IMG/VR virus record: IMGVR_UViG_3300020578_000044
Reading direction: 5' to 3' (one strand)
Source of the DNA: an uncultured virus (IMG/VR IMGVR_UViG_3300020578_000044)
Taxonomy: Duplodnaviria > Heunggongvirae > Uroviricota > Caudoviricetes
DNA length: 64,000 bases
Shown: positions 49,050-57,919 of the stretch, piece after piece
Position numbering within the stretch: the first letter of the stretch is position 1
How the letters are laid out: each line of letters begins with the position of its first letter
Made by a program: the position numbers and the translations under genes
The notes under the pieces: generated by a model
The model's database searches: none
What the model was told of the DNA's origin: nothing
Seen by the model: only the letters and a program-made list of their open reading frames with translations

Positions 49050-50993
49050 CTTATTTTCTAGAATTTCTAATCTTTCTATTATTTCCTTAACAGCTGAAGA
49101 TAATAGTGTTGTTATCATACTATAGTTCAACGCTTGATGAACTGGTTGACCATCTTCTGATATTTTATCTTTCACACCTACCACTGCGTAGGGCATTATT
49201 TCCTGAACTTCGTGGGCTATAAAACCAATTGCTTGCTCTTCTGGTTTATGTAGATAGGTAAACCTTAAGGGGTTCAATTTTTTCACTAAACTACATGAGT
49301 CAATAATAGATTCAAAATTTTCCTTTATTCTATAATCGGAAAACGTAATAAATGCCTTTGCATAAACATTAACCCCCACAGCATTATTCAAACCTTCTGT
49401 AAAATATAGGGCGTCGCTGCCACCTAATCTAATTTGAGCAGAATATGTTCCATTCTGTGCTTTAAAACCTAATGAAACATTAGCATTGGATGTATTCATG
49501 ATTACATTGGCACTGTTGACATCTGCTGCATTTGCAGCTGTATCTAGATGAAGGTCTGATGCAATAATTCTAACATTTGTTGTGTCGTTATAATTTCTAA
49601 AATAGAAAAAATTAGCACCGCCGCCAGAACGTATTTGACCCGTATCGTTATCAGTGGTCCCTCTAAAGGCTATTGAACAGTTTCCAGTTGTATCAGCTCT
49701 GGCTATAATATTAGCGGTTCTCCAATCTGTGGTTACATTTTTTCTTACATCTATGGTTCCATCTAAGACTTGTAAATATGCTCCAGCTTCTAATCTTACT
49801 CCAGTTGTTCCAATATCTCCAGGATAGTAACCAATACTCATTGTTGAACCTTGAGCGCTCACTTTGATAGCACCAGTACTAGTTATTAATCCATAATCTG
49901 TTGAGCTGGCTGGATTAAAAGTAATAGTTGATGTATCACCGGAACCAGAAGAATATAAGTTGAATGAAGTCTCACTGAGAACAATTCTTTTGCCACTAGA
50001 TGCAGTTTGAACTGTTCCGCCTGTTACTGTTGCACCAGATATTGTACCACCAGATATTGTGCCACTTGCTGTAATTGTTCCGGTAAATGTTCCTGAGCTA
50101 GCATTAATTTCACCACTGACAGTAACTCCAGTAGCAGTTAGCGCACCTGAGCTAGAAACTTTAAAAGGTGCGGAAGCGTAGCTTGCATTACCTAGCCACA
50201 TGTTACCATTTGCATCTACATGAAAGGATGTTGAATCTGATCCACCTATATCAATAGTTGCACCGACAACCGCTCCCCTGACTGTAACATTATTAAATTC
50301 AGCTAAACCATCACCTCTAATTAACCAACCAGTTGAACCAGACTGATAATTAGATGTTCTTAATACAGCCATATTTGCTGGTGGAGTATAAGAGTATGTA
50401 GTTCCTGGCTGAGTTAGAATGATTTCATGTGCACCGATTGTTCCTGCAGTTATTTTTGCTGCGGTGAGTGAGCCAATGAATTCCTCATCAATAAGAGGAG
50501 TATCACCAGAAGCTACAATAGAAGTCCAATCACTAATATTTCCTGCGCTATCTATTGCGCGAACCCTTCCGTAGTATTTAACTGGATTGGTTACAGAAGA
50601 AGTGCTGGTAGTTGCGCTGTTATCATCGACTGATACTAGAAAAACATTTGTTTGCACAAAGCCAGTTCTATGGGGAGTTAGCGGAGTTGCAGCAGAAATA
50701 ACTTGATACCCGCCTCCAACACTTTCTATTTGCTCCTGCTTATAAAGTTCGTATTCGTATTTAGCTGTATCTTCGTCAACACTATCAGTATATTTAAATA
50801 AAACATTTAAGAATGACGCCGCTAAAACTAGGTTGGTTGGAGCATTTGGAATAGTAGAATCTGTTGGTGTAGAAAATCTTACAGAATCAGTATATGCCGA
50901 AACAACATTGACATCATTGTTCTTGCTTCTAACTGTAACAATATATTCTTTATTTGGTTTTAGATTTTCTATATTTACAGGTATAATAGCCAT
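49047..50993 (-). CDS. Tail fiber/spike with FN3-like N-terminus and C-terminal intramolecular chaperone (peptidase S74-like)
   Basis: 648 aa; NLKPNKEYIVTVRS and YYGRVRAIDSAGN.S.W (FN3); LTAAKITAGTI; SDYRIKEN...GFIAHEV..IMP.AV...LNYS (S74). Confidence 0.85.
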   Translation of the reverse strand: MAIIPVNIENLKPNKEYIVTVRSKNNDVNVVSAYTDSVRFSTPTDSTIPNAPTNLVLAASFLNVLFKYTDSVDEDTAKYEYELYKQEQIESVGGGYQVISAATPLTPHRTGFVQTNVFLVSVDDNSATTSTSSVTNPVKYYGRVRAIDSAGNISDWTSIVASGDTPLIDEEFIGSLTAAKITAGTIGAHEIILTQPGTTYSYTPPANMAVLRTSNYQSGSTGWLIRGDGLAEFNNVTVRGAVVGATIDIGGSDSTSFHVDANGNMWLGNASYASAPFKVSSSGALTATGVTVSGEINASSGTFTGTITASGTISGGTISGATVTGGTVQTASSGKRIVLSETSFNLYSSGSGDTSTITFNPASSTDYGLITSTGAIKVSAQGSTMSIGYYPGDIGTTGVRLEAGAYLQVLDGTIDVRKNVTTDWRTANIIARADTTGNCSIAFRGTTDNDTGQIRSGGGANFFYFRNYNDTTNVRIIASDLHLDTAANAADVNSANVIMNTSNANVSLGFKAQNGTYSAQIRLGGSDALYFTEGLNNAVGVNVYAKAFITFSDYRIKENFESIIDSCSLVKKLNPLRFTYLHKPEEQAIGFIAHEVQEIMPYAVVGVKDKISEDGQPVHQALNYSMITTLLSSAVKEIIERLEILENK

Positions 50994-51931
50994 TATCTAA
51001 GCCCACCTATCTTTGTAAAACTATTATCTATTTGATTTATTAATTCGGTTCCGACTTTAAGATAAAGATTATAGCTAAAAGAATATTTAGATATTTTAAT
51101 ATTATTTCCTCTAGAACCAATATTTTTTTCATATAATACTTCTAGTTCAGCTACGTGATCTTTTTCTTCAAAATCTAATTTTGAAAATAATTCTATATTA
51201 TCTGAAAAACTTGAAGAAAAACAATCTATTGTTTGCCAATCTAATGCAAGCACTGCTGGTGTTTCGGCATTTTGTAATGCTGTAAATTTAATTCTAAATT
51301 TTCCATAGTTAATTCCCTTTGAACCATACAACGTAAACTTTGGCCCAGAAAAATTAATATATAATTTAGATCCGGGTTTATTTGACAAGCCATTGTCCCA
51401 ATCTGTCATTGAATTAATGAAAGAAAAATTATAACTTGAATCTGAATTTAAATTAACTTCATATTGATCTGTTGAAACTTCAGAGTAAAGTCCGCAATAT
51501 GGATTAGGAGGTGATAAATTAACTTGATAATCATTAGTTCCAGCATTATCAACTTCATTAAGCTTTCTAAGATTTGGCGTTGCATAATAAACAAAGTAGC
51601 TACCTTGAATTTCATTTACGGCTGTATGTTCTTCTGCTGTTTCGAAATATATATAGTCTCCATTAATAACTGTTTTAACAGGATTAAAAGTTATACCTTT
51701 TTCATACACAACAACATAAGAATTGGCGTCTTCCAAAGTTTCCAGCGTTGAACTTTTGTATGTATTTATATTTAAATCTTTTATATTTGCAAAAAGCCAA
51801 AAATCAGCAGACAACGTATCCCTGGGTGTAAATTTAGAAATAGCCCTTTTACAGTAGGGATATGAATAGCTATAATTAGGAGTTGCAGAACTAATGCTTT
51901 GATCTAACTTAAAATATTTAAACCACGCCAT
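50993..51931 (-). CDS. Beta-rich structural protein (possible carbohydrate-binding jelly-roll)
   Basis: 312 aa; FSGPKFTLYGSKG..YGKF.I ... IDCF ... H..ELEV pattern. Confidence 0.55.
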   Translation of the reverse strand: MAWFKYFKLDQSISSATPNYSYSYPYCKRAISKFTPRDTLSADFWLFANIKDLNINTYKSSTLETLEDANSYVVVYEKGITFNPVKTVINGDYIYFETAEEHTAVNEIQGSYFVYYATPNLRKLNEVDNAGTNDYQVNLSPPNPYCGLYSEVSTDQYEVNLNSDSSYNFSFINSMTDWDNGLSNKPGSKLYINFSGPKFTLYGSKGINYGKFRIKFTALQNAETPAVLALDWQTIDCFSSSFSDNIELFSKLDFEEKDHVAELEVLYEKNIGSRGNNIKISKYSFSYNLYLKVGTELINQIDNSFTKIGGLR

Positions 51932-51932
51932 A

Positions 51933-53714
51933 TTAAGTTACTTCCGTATAAATAATTTCATATTCATAATTATCTATTATATCATCAACTACTTCTATAT
52001 TCAGAACTGCATCACACCTAGGTAAACCATTAACAATATCTACAATAAATTGGCTGACACTTATTGATACTGGCTTCTTCGCAGCATCTAGGCTATAATC
52101 TACACTTCTAGCCAAACTATAATCAATATCCAAAGAAGATATCTTCTTAGAGCCATCTGCGCCAGTATGCGCATGATCACTTAGGTCTACTCCATCTATA
52201 GTAATACCTTCTGCAACTTCTATATCACCAATAATTTTCCCACCATCTTTTAATAAATATTGAGGATGATCATTTTGATCTAATCCAGATAAAAGTTGGT
52301 GATCTGATTGAACTACATCTTTTCTTGTTAAGGAAATAATTGCTCCATCAAATATTTGAGCATATACGTCATTATCTACATTCAGCAGAACATTTGGCTT
52401 TGGCAACCCCTTAACGGAAAGCTGAGATATATAGTTGGCATATTTTCTTTTTTCATGAATTAACTGCATAAGGGAATCTGTTTTTCCCATAACTATATGA
52501 TGTCTATCTACAACATCAGCCATGATTGAAGTAAAATTACCCTTTAAAAGAATTGAAGCCAGTAACATTTCTTCAGTTAAAAATGGAAATCTTTTCTTAA
52601 AAGAAGTTGTTTCATAATCCAAATCAAAGGGACTTCCTATTTCAGAAGAAAATTTTAATCCAGGAGCTAAATATCTTGTATAAAAAATTACAGAGTTCTC
52701 TTCTAAATCTCTCTTTAATGATTGTAATATGTCTTCTATTTCTGAATCTACAGCGTTTAATTTAATCGCAAAAAAAGCTTGAAATTTTGCGGCATGTTCT
52801 TTTGAGATTTTATCCAATTCGGTTGAGGGAATCGCTCCTGGTTTGGATACGATTGTTTTTGCAATCCTGCTCGAATAATGTTTGGCCGTTTTACACCATG
52901 AGTCGTAGTGCGATGCGACTTTTTGCTGCAGTTCGTTTTCATAAACCTCCCTAAAATCTTGGTTTAAAGATAATTGTATTGCATATACTTCTCTCTGAAG
53001 AGACTTTAATAATTTTCTGAATTGTAGAAAATATGAAAAGGTAGAGTGAGCTATAGAATAATAAAACTCTTCTAAAAATTTTCTTGAAGAGGTAGAGTTT
53101 AACTTTTCCGCAAACATTATTTGTTGAAAATTGATATGACCAGGAATTGGTATTCTCAACTTTACCATTTCGTCTTTACGATCTTTGTACACATCGCTGT
53201 TTGGAGGTGGATAAGGAAGTATTGTAGCAATGTCATCAGATTCTTCTAGATCTTTTTCTGACACATCTATTTCATTTGATTGTGGTAAATTTTGCGATGA
53301 ATTTATCTTTAAAGAATCTGCTACACGCTGATTATAAACTGCTACAGCTTGAGGCTGTGTTGTATAAAGGTTTCTATGCAGTTCGTTCCAAAGATTTTGA
53401 TGTGCCACCAAAAGATCATTATTGATATTAGGATTAATATAAACTTTTTTCATCAAGTTTTCAATATCATTAATCGTGTCAGTTATGAGCATCTGAGCTG
53501 ATTCTGATTCTTTTCTAACAAAATCTATAGGTATAGAATATGCCTGTTTAATTCCAGATTCTGCTGTTCTATTATAGGCTTTTTCTCCTACAGCTTTATA
53601 GGCTTCTGCTCCTGTGGGATTTGTAAATGGAGCATCTTGGAATTTATAATCCCCATAAATATTATTTGGAACTTGTGAATAAGATTCCTGATAATTTACA
53701 CCAATATCACTCAT
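51933..53714 (-). CDS. Putative virion structural protein
   Basis: 593 aa; helical body; C-terminal DHQLLSGL..NDHPQYL and DHAHTGADGS fiber-like motifs. Confidence 0.55.
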   Translation of the reverse strand: MSDIGVNYQESYSQVPNNIYGDYKFQDAPFTNPTGAEAYKAVGEKAYNRTAESGIKQAYSIPIDFVRKESESAQMLITDTINDIENLMKKVYINPNINNDLLVAHQNLWNELHRNLYTTQPQAVAVYNQRVADSLKINSSQNLPQSNEIDVSEKDLEESDDIATILPYPPPNSDVYKDRKDEMVKLRIPIPGHINFQQIMFAEKLNSTSSRKFLEEFYYSIAHSTFSYFLQFRKLLKSLQREVYAIQLSLNQDFREVYENELQQKVASHYDSWCKTAKHYSSRIAKTIVSKPGAIPSTELDKISKEHAAKFQAFFAIKLNAVDSEIEDILQSLKRDLEENSVIFYTRYLAPGLKFSSEIGSPFDLDYETTSFKKRFPFLTEEMLLASILLKGNFTSIMADVVDRHHIVMGKTDSLMQLIHEKRKYANYISQLSVKGLPKPNVLLNVDNDVYAQIFDGAIISLTRKDVVQSDHQLLSGLDQNDHPQYLLKDGGKIIGDIEVAEGITIDGVDLSDHAHTGADGSKKISSLDIDYSLARSVDYSLDAAKKPVSISVSQFIVDIVNGLPRCDAVLNIEVVDDIIDNYEYEIIYTEVT

Positions 53715-55570
53715 TAAAACATCCTTCTTACTCTTTTAGAAGAAGTAGATCTACGAAAACCTGTTGAAGGATTCAGTGCATCAACTCGACCACTAATTAT
53801 AACTTTATTTTTTTCATCATCTTCTTTATCTACTTTTTTATTGTCTGGAACAAAAAAATGATTAGAGAAAGTTTCAGTATTTGTTGCATACTGCCCCTGA
53901 GAAAACTCTCCATAATTTTGCGTAATAGCCAACAAGGCTAGCATTAAAGCATCGTGTGCGTGATCCATCGCAGATCCTGCAGCCTCAAAAACTGGTCGAC
54001 CAGTTTGAGTTGTGCGAACAACAACATAAGATATTAGCTGCATATATAGCTCTTCGTCAGAGTCTGGAATCATTAATTTTTCTTTTTCCAAAAACTGTCT
54101 AAGGTTATCGACCATAAATGGTTTCATTTCCTTTTTAACCATTAACTTAGTATATGGATCTCTTACGTCAATACTTTCACCAAATGCAACACCTTTTATT
54201 TTTTCTTTCAATCCGGATCTAGGGTTCTCAACACCATGTTTCTTCAAAAGCTCTACTTGTACCTCTCCATATCCACGGTCTACATAAATGTGTTTTGGAT
54301 TAAATATTTGATTAAGTTCAATAATTCTATCTACCGCTTTAGTCAAAGTATATTCTGATCTAGCAATTTCTTCTCGATAACAAATTTTTGTTTTGCCTCT
54401 AAATGTAGAATTTTCATAATTCTCAGAACATACCTCTACAACAACAATATTTGTTCCGGCACCGTATTTATCCCAGTCAACGCCAATTGTATGAAATGAT
54501 CTAGCAGATGTTATTTCTGGAGTATAATTCCAGGAAGGAGAAATAAAAGCCCTATCAACAAACTTTCTAGGATAAACACCTTCGGAATCTTCGCCCCAAT
54601 CAGCCTCAATTTCATGCCTATATCCATTGGGCGAATATTGCTCCCTAAATTCTTCTTCTTGCTCTTTAGAAAAATATGGATTGCAATAACTCGGAAACCA
54701 AAATTCGGTAAACCTAGGTGATCTACACCATTCCCAAAATCTTTCCCGCCTTCCAGTTGGAGTAGATGCTCCAATCATCACTTTATCAGGTTGATCTTCT
54801 GCTGTTTTTTGAAGCATGGCGTATAGGGCATCGAGATCATCTGCATGCATATAGTCCATTTCATCAAGAATAATTAAATGCGCTTCTTGACCACGAGCAA
54901 CATCTGACTTGCCTCCTGATTTCATTCCTGAAGTGAAAAATCTAATTGTAGAACCATTTGAGAATTGAATCATAAATTGAGGACTAGTTACTTTTCTTGT
55001 TATAGAATCTATAACAACTTCATTCTTAGAGGCAATTCTAAGAATCTCCTGATAGATAAGTTCTACTTGCGTTTTCATTGGTGCAATAACTAAAGATCTA
55101 CCATCTTTATGAGTATAACTGTAATGCAATAGCTGCACTGCTAGGCTAAATGTTTTACCTAAACGACGACCAGCTCTTAAAACTTTTCTTAAAGAAGGGT
55201 CTCTTAATATTAATATTTGATACACACGAAGGTTGGCTTCCAAAAATTGTTTTGCCCAAACTACAGGGTCTTTAGAAACATGTAACTGTCGTTGATGATC
55301 TGCGCTAATTCCATCTGCCAATAAATCTAAATCAATTTCAAATGGTTCATCAATTAAAAGAGCTAATTCTCTGTTGGTTATTTCTCTTTCTATAACAGGC
55401 ATTCCGTTGTTCCACGATAGGTGAGATAATTTATTTTTAAATACCCATTCAATTCTGTTGACTTGCTTAATAAGTTCAGGATCTTGGATGCGAATTATTT
55501 CAAGTAAATCTTCTCTAGACAATTTTTGTAAGGCACTTCTAAATTCTTGTGTTTTTGTAAATATACTCAT
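53714..55570 (-). CDS. terL: Terminase large subunit
   Basis: 618 aa; AGRRLGKT (Walker A), ARG, IILDE (Walker B), ASTP (motif C), IGVDW and DHAHDA (RNase H nuclease). Confidence 0.95.
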   Translation of the reverse strand: MSIFTKTQEFRSALQKLSREDLLEIIRIQDPELIKQVNRIEWVFKNKLSHLSWNNGMPVIEREITNRELALLIDEPFEIDLDLLADGISADHQRQLHVSKDPVVWAKQFLEANLRVYQILILRDPSLRKVLRAGRRLGKTFSLAVQLLHYSYTHKDGRSLVIAPMKTQVELIYQEILRIASKNEVVIDSITRKVTSPQFMIQFSNGSTIRFFTSGMKSGGKSDVARGQEAHLIILDEMDYMHADDLDALYAMLQKTAEDQPDKVMIGASTPTGRRERFWEWCRSPRFTEFWFPSYCNPYFSKEQEEEFREQYSPNGYRHEIEADWGEDSEGVYPRKFVDRAFISPSWNYTPEITSARSFHTIGVDWDKYGAGTNIVVVEVCSENYENSTFRGKTKICYREEIARSEYTLTKAVDRIIELNQIFNPKHIYVDRGYGEVQVELLKKHGVENPRSGLKEKIKGVAFGESIDVRDPYTKLMVKKEMKPFMVDNLRQFLEKEKLMIPDSDEELYMQLISYVVVRTTQTGRPVFEAAGSAMDHAHDALMLALLAITQNYGEFSQGQYATNTETFSNHFFVPDNKKVDKEDDEKNKVIISGRVDALNPSTGFRRSTSSKRVRRMF

Positions 55571-55572
55571 AA

Positions 55573-57051
55573 TTATCCATAATGCGCAGCCATCATTGCG
55601 CCCTCTGTACCTAGCATGCTTCTTGCGTTTAGTCTAGAATTTTGTATTGCCTGAACACCTCTAGCTCTAGAAGTTGCTGCAGCTTCGGTATCCCTAAAGC
55701 CCATTCCAAATGTTGGTTTGGCTATAGAACCTTGTAAAGATTTATTTGCATCTCTTGTAAAATTGATTCCACTCTTAACTAATTCTCCGCCGAGCCGAGC
55801 AAGGTCGTATGCCAATGATGCTGCAGCGACGACCTGAAGACCGGGCATTGCTAGTGCAGCCCCTCTCATTGCCATCATTCCAGCTGCGCCCTTACCACCA
55901 AGCTTTAATGCTGTCCTTGCTCCAACTTGAGAGAAAAACTTTTCTCCTCCAGTTGATCTAAGAAATGATACCGCTTCGTCTGCTCCTTTTAAAACCTGAC
56001 CACTTGCTAACTTTATTCCATCGTCACCAAAAGATTGAACAGCTTTAGCAAATGCATCTTCTGCTGCCTTTGCACCTTGTGCTGCTCTGCCAACTAATCC
56101 AGGTTGACCACCAAAACCTAGTGCACCACGAGAATATCCGGCTAAATATCCCGTTGCTGCACCCGCTAGAGCAGAAGCTTGAAGATTACCACGAACACCA
56201 AGAGCGCCGGCTCCTGTAGCTGCGTTATATCCCCCTAAGCCAACTGCTGTTTGAGCTGCTGTTTGTCCAGCCGGAGCGACAATTCCCATACCCATACTTT
56301 TAGGTATAATCCGCCCAAACTGTCCACCAGAAACAGTTAAGCCTGCTGGTGAATTTATTCTTAAAAGCGAGGAAGTGGCAGTATCTATTTTTCCAAGTTT
56401 TGCTGCGGCCCGAGAAGATCCTTTAAGTGCTCTTCTTTCTAAAGCGTCTGTTTTAACTCCTGCGGATATGCCGGAAAGCAGTCCTGGACCAAAAGCCTTT
56501 TCTCCTTCAACTAGAGGATTGTTACCTAAAATTTTGCCAGCTAGCCTTTGTCCATGCTTACTGTTCAAGAGCTTATATCCACCAAACATTGAATATGCTC
56601 CAGCTTTTTCTCCAGCAAAAATAGTTTGAGAATGACCTCTAAAGAAAGCTCTAGGATTTGCTGTTATATTATTAACTCTTGAAGATCTTAAAAATGGAGT
56701 TTTTCCTGCAGCTCTAGCGCTAGTTTGTCTTGATGAAGAGCCCATAAAATGAGAATCCATGGCGTCAGACATGTGTCCGCCAACCATAATCCTGTGCTTA
56801 GAAGCTCTTTTGGCTAATCTTTTTTGACGTCTTGCACTTAAAACTTTTTGAGGATCACCAAGATCATCCATGAATCCGCCATACATCATTGTATTTGAGC
56901 CTCTCATGGAACCAAATGCAATAGTTGTACTCAAACCAGGTAGATGTTCCATCATCCTAAAGCCCAAAGGAACATCAGGGGTATCAACAAAAGTTGACTC
57001 GTTTAATGGGCCTATTGACTGACTATATCCAGTTGGATCACCTAAGGGCAT
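55573..57051 (-). CDS. Gly/Ala-rich basic protein, putative internal/ejected virion protein
   Basis: 492 aa; low-complexity Gly/Ala, amphipathic and hydrophobic segments. Confidence 0.55.
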   Translation of the reverse strand: MPLGDPTGYSQSIGPLNESTFVDTPDVPLGFRMMEHLPGLSTTIAFGSMRGSNTMMYGGFMDDLGDPQKVLSARRQKRLAKRASKHRIMVGGHMSDAMDSHFMGSSSRQTSARAAGKTPFLRSSRVNNITANPRAFFRGHSQTIFAGEKAGAYSMFGGYKLLNSKHGQRLAGKILGNNPLVEGEKAFGPGLLSGISAGVKTDALERRALKGSSRAAAKLGKIDTATSSLLRINSPAGLTVSGGQFGRIIPKSMGMGIVAPAGQTAAQTAVGLGGYNAATGAGALGVRGNLQASALAGAATGYLAGYSRGALGFGGQPGLVGRAAQGAKAAEDAFAKAVQSFGDDGIKLASGQVLKGADEAVSFLRSTGGEKFFSQVGARTALKLGGKGAAGMMAMRGAALAMPGLQVVAAASLAYDLARLGGELVKSGINFTRDANKSLQGSIAKPTFGMGFRDTEAAATSRARGVQAIQNSRLNARSMLGTEGAMMAAHYG

Positions 57052-57917
57052 CAGTATCCCCTTCTAGAGTTATGCATTCCGAGAACAATATCTCCACTAG
57101 CGTTCAATGTGCTCTGAGTATTTCTTGTTGTGGAGTATGGCGAATTTTGAAAAAACTCTCTGTTATTATTCATATAAGCTCCGACGCCAAGTGCTGGCAA
57201 AACTACTCCCACGTTTGCCCCAACAAAACCACCAACTAATCCGCCACTAATTTTTCCTATTTTAGATCCAGTTTTACCAAATGCAGAACCTAAAAATGCT
57301 CCAGCTGCTACTCCCATCGTTCCAGTAACTGGACCGGTTGCAGTTCTTGCTGCAACCATAGCGGCACTAAACGTATCTGAATTTATTGGTGGATTCGCAG
57401 CAAAATAATCCCCTGGGGCAGTCGCCTGTAACATGCGTCCACCAACTCCACCCATTAGTGTTCCAGCTAAAAATCTAGCATCTAGGTCTCTTCCAGTAAA
57501 ATATCTATCTGCTTCAGTATCATTAAAAGCTGCTTCAAACGCAGCATCTTTTACAGCTGGACCGACAGAAGAACCAAAGCCGATTGCGCCAGCGCCAATT
57601 GTCACACCAGCTATCCCGGCCCTACTTGAAGCAACTTCGCCTAGGGCTCCCCCTAAACCAGCTGCTGCTCCACGAGCAGCCCTTCCGGTACGGCCTTGAG
57701 CAAAACCTTGAGCTGTTCCTTGTAATTTTGGAATAAGCTCTTCATCTATTCTTTTGCCAACTGATTCAGAAACGTCATCAAACGTTTGCCTTGCTCTGCC
57801 GCGTAAACCAGCTGTTCTTGCAGAAGCTGATGCCCTTTGACTTTCAGCCATTGGCTTTATGGTATCATTAAATAAAGATGTAACTCTTTTACCTAAAGAA
57901 CCCAAATTAACTGGCAT
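57051..57917 (-). CDS. Gly-zipper membrane-like protein, putative ejected protein
   Basis: 288 aa; GxxxG-rich hydrophobic helices (GIAGVTIGAGAIGFG; GGLVGGFVGANVGVVLPALGVG). Confidence 0.55.
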   Translation of the reverse strand: MPVNLGSLGKRVTSLFNDTIKPMAESQRASASARTAGLRGRARQTFDDVSESVGKRIDEELIPKLQGTAQGFAQGRTGRAARGAAAGLGGALGEVASSRAGIAGVTIGAGAIGFGSSVGPAVKDAAFEAAFNDTEADRYFTGRDLDARFLAGTLMGGVGGRMLQATAPGDYFAANPPINSDTFSAAMVAARTATGPVTGTMGVAAGAFLGSAFGKTGSKIGKISGGLVGGFVGANVGVVLPALGVGAYMNNNREFFQNSPYSTTRNTQSTLNASGDIVLGMHNSRRGY

Positions 57918-57919
57918 TA

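Noticed and set aside
53714..55570. Intein or intron in terminase (or portal/MCP)
   Set aside because: Normal lengths, continuous motifs, no intein or homing-endonuclease signatures seen
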